Source of the DNA: Dechloromonas sp.
Lineage (GTDB): Bacteria; Pseudomonadota; Gammaproteobacteria; Burkholderiales; Rhodocyclaceae
Length of the DNA: 64,000 nt
Reading direction: 5' to 3'
Assembly (NCBI GenBank): GCA_008933675.1
Contig: WBUO01000001.1
Coordinates: forward strand, 19,239-83,238
A program made the position numbers and the translations under genes. Below are positions 21,224 to 28,816 of this stretch, piece after piece. Within the stretch, counting starts at the first letter, position 1. Every line of letters starts with the position of its first letter. The notes beneath the pieces are model-generated. The model saw only the letters and a program-made list of their open reading frames with translations, did not search any database and was not told the origin of the DNA.

Positions 21224-21778
21224 CTATTCGGTGATGCCGGCGCTCGTCAGCTGGCTGGCAAGTTCGTCGCGCTTGCTGATCAGCTCGTCCATTTGCTGAT
21301 CGATTTCGGCAATGCGCTTGCGGCGCTCATCAATCGGCATGCCGCCTTCCTGCCAGGCGTGTGCAGTGTCCATGGCATCCATGAAGCGTTCGGCAATCAA
21401 GTCACCGAAATACCAATAGAAGGCACCCGGTGAGATATTGAAGCCGTCGAAGCATTCATCGCCATTCATGTACGGAAATTGCTGAGACTGGCCGGCGTTG
21501 TGGACGCGCTCCAGGGCACCAAAGCTCAGATTGAGATTGGCTCCGCTGGTTTTTCCGCCCCGGGCGAAACGACGCAATTGATTCAGGAACGGGCCACAGC
21601 GCCGGGAGATATCAGCCTTCACATAGGCGGCGTAATCCGCCCGGCTGACGGGCGCATCGATCAACGCCTGGCGTTCATGATTCAGCTGGTTGATTTGCTC
21701 ATCCAGTGCCTGGATTTCGGTCTTGACCGATTCAGCAACCTTTTTTAGCTTGCCCAGAATGTTGGTCAGTTCAGACAT
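21224..21778 (-). CDS. Hypothetical 184-aa protein with N- and C-terminal coiled coils
   Basis: Heptad segments EIQALDEQINQLNHERQALI and RIAEIDQQMDELISKRDELASQL flank an aromatic central region; overlaps the upstream 60-aa ORF. Confidence 0.75.
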   Translation of the reverse strand: MSELTNILGKLKKVAESVKTEIQALDEQINQLNHERQALIDAPVSRADYAAYVKADISRRCGPFLNQLRRFARGGKTSGANLNLSFGALERVHNAGQSQQFPYMNGDECFDGFNISPGAFYWYFGDLIAERFMDAMDTAHAWQEGGMPIDERRKRIAEIDQQMDELISKRDELASQLTSAGITE

Positions 21779-21953
21779 GTTGCTGCTCCTGGTCGATTTG
21801 ACTGGCCGCCGCTTTGGAAAATGCTTTCGAAAACGGCTCGATTACGCGGACTTCCAAGAGCGGCGCGGCTTCCGCGCTGGAGAGTTCGATTACATCCCCG
21901 GTGTTGTAGGTCTGATGGTTGAAGTCAATACGGCTCAGTGCTCGATATTTCAT
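21771..21953 (-). CDS. Small 60-aa phage-type protein (possible head-associated domain)
   Basis: MKYRALSRIDFNHQTYNTGDVIELSSAEAAPLLEVRVIE resembles small domains found in phage head modules; good RBS (ggagcaacgttatg). Confidence 0.55.
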   Translation of the reverse strand: MKYRALSRIDFNHQTYNTGDVIELSSAEAAPLLEVRVIEPFSKAFSKAAASQIDQEQQHV

Positions 21954-21970
21954 AACGTTGCTCCTTCGGA

Positions 21971-22726
21971 TTATTTGCGGTGTTGCGTAACGTGATTGAC
22001 GGCTTGGAGGCTGGTGACAAAAGTACCGGCGGCAGCCATCGACTCCTGGTAGGCCAGTGCCGCAGTGGCAATGTCTTGGGCGGATGCCGGCTTGCTGCTC
22101 TGGGCCCGGGAAATGCTGCTCAACTGCTGTTGCTGGCTGACGTGGCTGACGGCCTGGACGCTGGTGACAAAAGTACCGGCGGCAGCCATCGACTCCTGAT
22201 AGGCCAGCGCCGCAGTGGCAATTTCTTGAGCCGTTGCCGGTTGGCCGTGCAGACGACGGGAGGCGGCGGCCAGGTCGGTCAAGCCGTCAAGGGCGGGGTT
22301 GTTCGTCAAGGCAATGTTGATGATGTCCAGAACCCGCCCGGCATCGTCATGGTGGAAGGTAGGGGAAATGAACCGATATTCCTTGGCGCGGATCATTGCC
22401 GATGCCCGTTCCGTCCATCGTGCGTCGGTCACATAGAGTCCGTCACCCTCCCGCCATTCCAAACGCTTGAACCACCCGGCCGCCGGATTCGGCTGGCCGT
22501 TGCTGGCCGTGTTGAGCGTCTGGTGCTCGTAGTCGATGACGTAGTCACCGAACCGGGCGGCGGCCAGCTTGACGATAGACAGCGCCTCAGGGCGGTTGAG
22601 TTGCCAGCCTTGAAGCCCGTGGGGGCGGCCATCGGATGCCGAGAAGCGGCCAGCCGGCATGATTCGGAAGGCGGCTAAGGGGGCGGTAAGCGGTTGGGTA
22701 GAGCAATTGGCGAGTAGTGTTCTCAT
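21971..22726 (-). CDS. Mu gpI-like prohead protease with a duplicated C-terminal motif
   Basis: IMPAGRF...DGRP, VIDYEHQT, PAAGW, WTERA...I..KEYRFISPTF and ALTNNPAL are Mu-like protease I motifs. Confidence 0.85.
   Translation of the reverse strand: MRTLLANCSTQPLTAPLAAFRIMPAGRFSASDGRPHGLQGWQLNRPEALSIVKLAAARFGDYVIDYEHQTLNTASNGQPNPAAGWFKRLEWREGDGLYVTDARWTERASAMIRAKEYRFISPTFHHDDAGRVLDIINIALTNNPALDGLTDLAAASRRLHGQPATAQEIATAALAYQESMAAAGTFVTSVQAVSHVSQQQQLSSISRAQSSKPASAQDIATAALAYQESMAAAGTFVTSLQAVNHVTQHRK
21990..22228 (-). repeat. Two ~89-bp direct repeats at 150-bp spacing inside the protease gene
   Basis: 21990-22078 and 22140-22228 encode Q(E/D)IATAALAYQESMAAAGTFVTS(V/L)QAV(S/N)HV twice. Confidence 0.9.
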
Positions 22727-22735
22727 GACGCCTCG

Positions 22736-23068
22736 TTACGGTGTTTTCTTCGGAGCTTCGGCGTGGCGCATGTCGCGCGCCCGCCAAAGAATTTGCCGAA
22801 TTCGCATGGTCGATAGGCCGTGTTTCTGTGCCAGCTCGGCATGGTTTCGCCCGTTGAACTCAGCGATGATTTGCTGATCCCGGTTGCGGGTCTTGCCATT
22901 GGCGCCGGAGGGGATGTAAAGCGCTTGCCCCTTCCAGTGCTGCCGCATCTTCTCGGCAATCGAGATGGCTTTCTGACTGGCGTCAGGTGCGCCAATGCCT
23001 TCCTTGACGAACTCTTGCTCCAATTGAATGGCAAGGTCTTCAAGCAGGCCGTCTGCGCTCAAGTCCAT
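22736..23068 (-). CDS. Mor/C-family transcription activator
   Basis: HWKGQALYIP...RNRDQQIIAEFNGRNHAELAQKHGLSTMRIRQIL is the Mor family signature. Confidence 0.9.
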   Translation of the reverse strand: MDLSADGLLEDLAIQLEQEFVKEGIGAPDASQKAISIAEKMRQHWKGQALYIPSGANGKTRNRDQQIIAEFNGRNHAELAQKHGLSTMRIRQILWRARDMRHAEAPKKTP

Positions 23069-23108
23069 TTTTCCCCTTCCGTTGTATTCGGTTGGGGCTA
23101 TCGTGCCG

Positions 23109-23142
23109 CTCGGTAAAGGGCTTTACCGAGTAAAGGGCTTTA
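23109..23142. promoter_or_regulatory. Palindromic/tandem operator candidate upstream of mor
   Basis: ctcggtaaag-gg-ctttaccgag dyad (23109-23130); the core taaagggcttta occurs at 23114 and again at 23131. Confidence 0.5.
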
Positions 23143-23483
23143 GTAAGTTGATGGGGGCTGCCGTGGCATCGTTTGCGGCGCAGGCGGCAAGCGATCTACC
23201 TTTTACCCATCTCGGGGATTGCCGAGCACCGCGAGTGCCAGCCGCCTGCCCCGAATTTCGATAAACTGCTCCTGCAGCTCGCCGGAGTGTCAGGAAAAGC
23301 GCCGTCTGACATCATGGGGCTTCGGGCCTGATGGTCATGCGGGAGTGCCTGGTTCGACCAGGATGGTGTCCCGCCCGGCGAGTCTGCATCTTTCCCCTCA
23401 TCTGGTAACGCCCGAGAACCGCGTTAATGGTGCGTTAATTTCGATTTTCGCGGGTCGGTTGGTATCTCGGGTCCAACTGGAAA

Positions 23484-23518
23484 GAAAAAACCGCCAGAGA
23501 GCGATTCTGGCGGTTTTT
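23484..23518. terminator. Intrinsic terminator ending the early operon of the element
   Basis: aaaaaaccgccagag...ttctggcggttttt hairpin with A/T tracts on both sides. Confidence 0.75.
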
Positions 23519-23547
23519 GTAGCACGCGATCGTCGAGAAAACTCTTC

Positions 23548-23724
23548 TCATGTAAATCGCGGATCGTTTTGGGGTTGCATGCTTGCCTGTTGCCGCTGCA
23601 ATCGGCTTGATAGCGGCTTTATAAGCGTACTGCCAATCCGAAATGAAAATGCACCGCTCAGGACTGTTGCCAGTTCGGCTATAGGCTGGTGAATTTGGTG
23701 GTCATTTGGTCTTGTTGTTTGCAT
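23548..23724 (-). CDS. Small 58-aa hypothetical ORF, last gene of the early operon (below the ORF-track cutoff)
   Basis: Manual translation MQTTRPNDHQIHQPIAELATVLSGAFSFRIGSTLIKPLSSRLQRQQASMQPQNDPRFT*. Lies 25 bp after gemA, has an AAGG RBS, and ends just before the terminator. Confidence 0.4.
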   Translation of the reverse strand: MQTTRPNDHQIHQPIAELATVLSGAFSFRIGSTLIKPLSSRLQRQQASMQPQNDPRFT

Positions 23725-23749
23725 GGTCGATTGCCTTTTGTGTGATTGA

Positions 23750-24172
23750 TCAGTTTTTCTTCTGTTTCGCGTGCAGCCATCCCTCTAATCCGTTGATCAG
23801 GCTGGCCATGCCGTGCCGGTCGAGAAAACGGGGGCTGTGTACTTTGCATACGCGCTTGCAGAAGGTGATCAAGGCTGGATCGTGGGCCGCGCCGGACATA
23901 CCCAGCTTCTTGGAGAGGTCGAGCGCGTAGCGCCATTGGTGCTGTGTTGGTTGCTCTGGATTGCCGGAGTCGGGCAGCGGTGCGGCAGGATTGGGGGCGA
24001 GAGCACCGAGGTCGCGTAACAGGTCAACGAGCATGGACAACTGCGCGTCACTGCAGGCCTTGCTGCTGCGCTGGCCGGTGTGTTTCTGCATCCAGGCGCG
24101 GCGAGTGTCCTCATCCCAGCCCAGGCGCTTAGTACCGGCGTGCAGCATCTTGTTGAGGGCGACGCGGTTCAT
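23750..24172 (-). CDS. GemA/gp16-like (DUF1018) Mu-type regulatory protein
   Basis: LHAGTKRLGWDEDTRRAWMQKHTGQRSSKACSDAQLSMLVDLL...LINGLEGW; ATGA overlap with the ATPase. Confidence 0.8.
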   Translation of the reverse strand: MNRVALNKMLHAGTKRLGWDEDTRRAWMQKHTGQRSSKACSDAQLSMLVDLLRDLGALAPNPAAPLPDSGNPEQPTQHQWRYALDLSKKLGMSGAAHDPALITFCKRVCKVHSPRFLDRHGMASLINGLEGWLHAKQKKN

Positions 24173-25185
24173 GGCTTGCCCCGCTTGTTGGCTTTGCCGG
24201 ACAAATCGGGCTTGAGCTGCTCGGCCAGCTTTTGGAGAAGCCCGGCATCCACCTGAACGCCATACATCTTTTCGGCAATGCGGAAGACGTCAGCCAGGGC
24301 GCGTAGGCCGCCGTTTTGTTCGGGGCGGCAAGCGATGCTGCAGGCGACTTCGGTCAGCTTCTTGCGCTCAGCCGGCGTCATGCCATTGCCGGCGCCGCGC
24401 CAGGCCAGCCAGGCGTCGACGTCTTCTTCGGTGGTGGCGGCGAAATCGTAGCGATTGGCGCGGCTGGCCAGGCGGGCAAATTTGGTGCTCTTGCCCCAGA
24501 CCATGCCGCTTAAATCGGGGTTGCCTTGCATCACGATGGAGATGTCCACGGCGTCGTGGATGCTGGCCACAACGTTCAACGCTTCGCCTAGGAGCTGGCA
24601 TTCATCCAGGATCAATTGGTCTCCGGGGCGCAGGGCCGATGTGACGCCGCCCATGAGATTGCCGTTTCGATAGGCGTGGCTCGGGGCGTTGAGGTGCAGG
24701 GCGATTTTTGCCAGGGCGGCGGCCGGCTTGGCGTCGCCTTCGTCGAACTGGATGCGCACGGCGCCCGGCTGGCTGTGAGTGCGGGGATGGCTGGCACAGT
24801 AAAAGCGTGCCGCCTCGCTTTTACCAATGCCCCAGGCGCCAGTAATGGCCAGGAAAAAGCCACCTTGCTGGGCTTGGGTGTAAAGGTTTTGCAGGTGGGT
24901 GAAGGTCGGCGTGATGGCGTAGCCGGCATCGTCGGCGCCGCCTTTTTGTTCGCTTTCGAGCCATGCGGCTAATGCCTGAATGGCTTCGGTGGTGTCTTCG
25001 TCCTGAAGGTTGCCGTATTGGCGAATCGGCTGCCCTGCAATGATGCGGTTTAACGCCGCTTCGTCAACGCCGGAGAGCCAGGCGATTTTGGTTCGGGTGA
25101 AGCCCGATGCCAGACGGGATTCAACTTGCTGCAAGATGGCTTTCTGTGGGTCGGTAAACACGTCTTCCCGATGTTTGTATAGCAT
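24169..25185 (-). CDS. MuB-like AAA+ transposition ATPase
   Basis: N-terminal HTH, Walker A GAWGIGKS, Walker B LILDECQ and an R-finger region (RLASRA); directly follows the transposase. Confidence 0.88.
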   Translation of the reverse strand: MLYKHREDVFTDPQKAILQQVESRLASGFTRTKIAWLSGVDEAALNRIIAGQPIRQYGNLQDEDTTEAIQALAAWLESEQKGGADDAGYAITPTFTHLQNLYTQAQQGGFFLAITGAWGIGKSEAARFYCASHPRTHSQPGAVRIQFDEGDAKPAAALAKIALHLNAPSHAYRNGNLMGGVTSALRPGDQLILDECQLLGEALNVVASIHDAVDISIVMQGNPDLSGMVWGKSTKFARLASRANRYDFAATTEEDVDAWLAWRGAGNGMTPAERKKLTEVACSIACRPEQNGGLRALADVFRIAEKMYGVQVDAGLLQKLAEQLKPDLSGKANKRGKP

Positions 25186-25196
25186 GGCGCTCTTCC

Positions 25197-27425
25197 TTAT
25201 GACTTGGCGGTTATGAGGGCTTTTAATGGGTCAAAGGCCGGGGATTCCCGGCTTAGCTTTTGTGCTTCCAGGGCTGGGGGCGCAAATCTCAGCGGGTCAA
25301 AGTCGATGGCGGTCGGCTTTGGCCCGCTTTCATTGATGGGCTGCATGTCGATGATGTGGCCCTCGGTGGGGTGCCGTAATTGCCCTGGTAGCAGCTTGGC
25401 CGGGGCTGGGAGTTGCATGGCGGCTAGCGCGTCGCCGATGGCTTCGCCTTCGGCGGTGGTGATGAGTGGACCATCCGGCAGCGTGGGCGCCGGAGGAAGT
25501 TCGGCATTAACGCGGACGGCTTCGGTCAGCAGATTGAGGGTTTTGGTTTGCCCCTTGAGTTGCTGTACATGGGCAAGTTTCAGGCCGTTAAGGCGCGATT
25601 GTTCCTTGGCGCCTTGGCCATCTTCCTGTGCGTAGGCGTCCGCTTGGGGAATTGCATGCAGTTGCCCGCTATCGTCCAAATAGAACAAGGCTTCACGCGC
25701 CCATTTGGCATAGCGGATTTCGACGGTTTGGCCGATCAACGGGACGATGATGTCGGCGCGGTACCAGGTCTTAATTCCGCGTTCCTCAACGACGAGGCCG
25801 CCCGTTTTGACCTTGATTTTGCGGATCTCGGAGAAGGCAAAAATCAGGTCGTGCCGGGAGACTCGGACAGCTCGCCAACCTTCTTCAATGGCCTTGCGTC
25901 GCTTGTCATTCGGGCTGCTGCCATCCTTTTGGGCGGTGTTGCGGTAGAGGTCGAGACATGTCCTGATATCGTGGGCAAAGTCGTCATCGGCGCCACGGTA
26001 GGCCTTTGGTTCCTGGCCAACCAGTTGTGTCCGCTTGTTCATGCGGTCACCGCCAACCCAACCAGGCATCAGTGAGAAAAACTGATATTCGACGATGGCA
26101 AAAACGTGCTCAATCTGTTTGGCTGGGGCGTTGTAAGGGCGAGCCCTCGATATCGCGGCGAACTGCTCACCATCGATCAATTCGGCTGCTTCACCTTTGC
26201 CCATGATGCTGACGTGAAAGGCCTGAAAGGCACTGACCAGGCCGGCCAGCGCCTGAAACCCTTTGATCATGGCATCCCATTTGTATTCCTTGCCGTTGTC
26301 CAGGCGTAGCTGTTTCGGAAGTCCCCAGGCTTGCACCATGTCAACGAAGGATGCGGCGATGTCGGCCTGTGTGATGCCTTTTCCGGGCGGGAGAATGACC
26401 ACGGTAACGAACAGGTCATAGGTGGCCACGTCCAGCCAGGAAATCAGGCGTGCATGGACCGTCCGGCCGTCGATCTCTCTGGCCACGTCCATCGGGTGGA
26501 CGTCGCCAATGACAATGTCGCTGGGCTTGTAACCATTACGATGCCGCTGAACGCGTGGCATCTGGGTGTCGAAAAAGCGCTTAGCGTTCTTTTCCTTGAG
26601 TGCGACCAAGGCGAATTCACGGAATTTTTCGACAAAGGGGCGGCCGGGTTCGCAACTCTTCAGCGTGGCGCCATCCCAGCCCGCAAGTCGGCATTGCTCC
26701 AGGAGTTCAACGCTGGCGAGCTGGTTGACGCGCTTCCAGCCGGGCGCACCTTCTTTCCACAGTGTTTTTACGTGGGTTTCCATGTGGGCGGCGATTTCAG
26801 CCTTTTTGTCGTTGGCCAACGGACATGCCTTGTCCCACGCCCGCGAAATCAGCACGCGGGGCGCACTTTCCTTACGGCGCTTTCGTTGCAAGGCCTGTTC
26901 GCCCTGTTCTTCGACGATTTTCAGCCAGGCTTCGAGGGTGCTAACGGCCGGCCTCCACGGCTTGCCGTTGGGCTTGGTGGTTTCCTTGGCAGCCGTGGCT
27001 TTCAAGGCCTCCCCTCGTTCCTTGCTGAACTTGGGGAATTGCAGCGCGTCGGCCAGCAACTCGAGCCGCCAGCGCCATAGCGCGTAGTCATCGGAAATTC
27101 TTGCGCTGTAGCGTCCTGGCGATGGGAGCGTTACTGATTCAGCTTCCTGAAGGGCGTGGCATGCCTGGTAACGCTTGTGCCAAATATCGCGCAAATCGGC
27201 GGGCAGACTAGGGCCGTAGGCTTGCAATGCGTTGCCTTCATAGCGTGCCATGAGGTCAACGCCTCGCCACTGCGCTCCCGATATGGCGGCAGTTAATGTC
27301 CGCCTCGCTTGACGTTCAGACAGGCCGGACAGCGCAGCGAATACCGATGTTGGTATCCATACGGATTCCCCGTTTGTGGCCGGTGGAATTTGGGGCAGGT
27401 TTCTTCTTGCTGCAGCGGATGACAC
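25197..27425 (-). CDS. MuA-like DDE transposase
   Basis: 742 aa; candidate triad GDVHPMD / RLDNGKEY / AKQIEHVF; GTG start abutting the ner-like gene. Confidence 0.88.
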   Translation of the reverse strand: MSSAAARRNLPQIPPATNGESVWIPTSVFAALSGLSERQARRTLTAAISGAQWRGVDLMARYEGNALQAYGPSLPADLRDIWHKRYQACHALQEAESVTLPSPGRYSARISDDYALWRWRLELLADALQFPKFSKERGEALKATAAKETTKPNGKPWRPAVSTLEAWLKIVEEQGEQALQRKRRKESAPRVLISRAWDKACPLANDKKAEIAAHMETHVKTLWKEGAPGWKRVNQLASVELLEQCRLAGWDGATLKSCEPGRPFVEKFREFALVALKEKNAKRFFDTQMPRVQRHRNGYKPSDIVIGDVHPMDVAREIDGRTVHARLISWLDVATYDLFVTVVILPPGKGITQADIAASFVDMVQAWGLPKQLRLDNGKEYKWDAMIKGFQALAGLVSAFQAFHVSIMGKGEAAELIDGEQFAAISRARPYNAPAKQIEHVFAIVEYQFFSLMPGWVGGDRMNKRTQLVGQEPKAYRGADDDFAHDIRTCLDLYRNTAQKDGSSPNDKRRKAIEEGWRAVRVSRHDLIFAFSEIRKIKVKTGGLVVEERGIKTWYRADIIVPLIGQTVEIRYAKWAREALFYLDDSGQLHAIPQADAYAQEDGQGAKEQSRLNGLKLAHVQQLKGQTKTLNLLTEAVRVNAELPPAPTLPDGPLITTAEGEAIGDALAAMQLPAPAKLLPGQLRHPTEGHIIDMQPINESGPKPTAIDFDPLRFAPPALEAQKLSRESPAFDPLKALITAKS

Positions 27426-27426
27426 A

Positions 27427-27621
27427 TCACACCTCGACGATATCGCCGTTCTTTAGTCCAAGGAGGACGGCAATTCTGTGAGCCTTCCCGCGATAGCACT
27501 TGGCCTCGCCGTTAAGGACGCGGTGCACGGCCAGTCTCGTGAAACCGTTTGAGCGAGCCCAGCCTGTTATGGTGATTCCCTTCTGACGGAATTCAGTCTT
27601 TACCTGTTCGGCGGTCTTCAT
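27427..27621 (-). CDS. Ner/Cro-like DNA-binding protein (BcepMu gp16-like)
   Basis: MKTAEQVKTEFRQKGITITGWARSNGF...VLNG..KCYRGKAHRIAVLLGLK; first early gene, divergent from the repressor. Confidence 0.85.
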   Translation of the reverse strand: MKTAEQVKTEFRQKGITITGWARSNGFTRLAVHRVLNGEAKCYRGKAHRIAVLLGLKNGDIVEV

Positions 27622-27666
27622 TTACGCTACCTCTCAACAATCAGATTTGTATCACAAGGGATTCAA

Positions 27667-28167
27667 TTGAATATCACTTTGCCGGGCTTTGCAAGCGGAG
27701 ATGACTCCTTTCCAGTCGCGCTTGGTCGCCGGATACGGGAGGTTAGAGAGGCAAAACGCTTGAGCCAGCGCGAATTTGGCGCATTGGGCGGTGTGCTGAA
27801 ACTTGCCCAGATGAACTATGAAAGAGGTGTTCGTGTGCCTTCAGCCGAATACCTATATTCGCTGAGTCTTCATGGCATCGATACCCACTACCTGCTGACA
27901 GGCAAAAGGAGTGGCGATGCAGTGGCGAATCTCCCCGGTATTGATGGGCAGATGCTGGCAGCGAGCGTGGACACCGTCTGGCGGTTTTCCAAGGATGCGA
28001 TCCCCGCATTAAGCAGCGAGGACTTTGCGCGTTGCGTTAGCTTGTTGTACTCGGCTCTTTCGCTCGTCGGACGTAAGGTGACCCGCAAGACAGCGGACGA
28101 ACTTGGTGTGTTGCTGGTTACTACCTTTATTGCAGGCTTGGATCGGAAGCCGGATGGCCGCAAGTGA
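27667..28167 (+). CDS. XRE-family repressor (Mu c-like position), no peptidase domain
   Basis: LGRRIREVREAKRLSQREFGALGGV...NYERGVRVPSAEYL...GIDTHYLLTG. The start codon is uncertain. Confidence 0.85.
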   Translation: MNITLPGFASGDDSFPVALGRRIREVREAKRLSQREFGALGGVLKLAQMNYERGVRVPSAEYLYSLSLHGIDTHYLLTGKRSGDAVANLPGIDGQMLAASVDTVWRFSKDAIPALSSEDFARCVSLLYSALSLVGRKVTRKTADELGVLLVTTFIAGLDRKPDGRK

Positions 28168-28431
28168 TGGCCGCTTATGTCCGCAAGCGCTTTCTAATAT
28201 GCCCCTGTTTTTTCCTCTAACCCGCGCCACAACGTGGTTTCGAGCGATGTCCGCAAACTTCGCAATCCCCCGTGGGCTCGTGGTGTGGCTTGCTGGTGCC
28301 CTTGTTCGTTTTGAATCGCGTTTGGGCTAGAAACTGTGCGGTATTCCGAGCTTTTTGCTTGAACGTGTACCAGAAATTTGCAAAGTGCCGAGGTGGGGCC
28401 ACCAAGCTCCAACCCGCTTAAATACTGGGCA

Positions 28432-28493
28432 CGGTTCCAGTTTAATTGTTGCCAGCGTTCCAGATTTCAAACACCACCCCTAGTGGCGGAGCA
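28432..28493 (-). repeat. Right-hand terminal inverted repeat of the element
   Basis: Reverse complement TGCTCCG...TTGAAATCTGGAACGCTGGCAAC...GGAACCGTGC mirrors the left end TGTTCCG...TTGATTTCGGGATTCTGGCAAC...GGAACGGTGC. Confidence 0.7.
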
Positions 28494-28816
28494 GATCGCC
28501 ACCTGGTGGCAGTTGTCCAGTTCGGCCACCCACAGCCAGCCACCAACCGGAAAGCCAGCGCAGGGAATTCCGGAAGAATTTTTTACCACACCGGGGCACA
28601 CCGGAAAAATCGTAACCAAAACAAAACATTAAAACCGGAAACGATCCGCAACATATACAAATGGCATCATTTCGCCAAATGGCGCCGAAACACCAGAAAA
28701 AGAATCATCCCGTTTCATGCATTCCGCCCATAGAATAGCCCCCGCCTGCTTATGGTCATAGGTTTCTCAGCACGCTGTCCGTCGTTAGTCCCCCAACTTC
28801 GTTTCGCCAGCCAAGA

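Larger units (their letters stand above)
19150..28493. mobile_element. Minimal Mu-like transposable element (putative transposable phage satellite or streamlined mini-Mu)
   Basis: TG...CA imperfect terminal inverted repeats; DDE transposase, AAA ATPase, ner-like, repressor, gemA, mor, gpI protease and tape-measure genes; visibly more A/T-rich than the flanks; no virion-building or lysis genes. Confidence 0.85.

Noticed and set aside
19369-28167. Gene transfer agent or tailocin interpretation of the element
   Set aside because: It lacks the structural genes either would need and retains transposase, ATPase and both ends. A plain decayed prophage is not excluded and remains the main alternative.
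28194-28412. Small ORFs between the repressor and the right end
   Set aside because: No RBS or motif support; the region is more likely cis-acting end or packaging sequence.
19144-28806. Near-direct repeat caactttgttccg (19144) / caacttcgtttcg (28794) as attL/attR
   Set aside because: Only 11 of 13 bases match, there is no integrase, and the inverted TG...CA ends fit a DDE transposase better. Probably chance.
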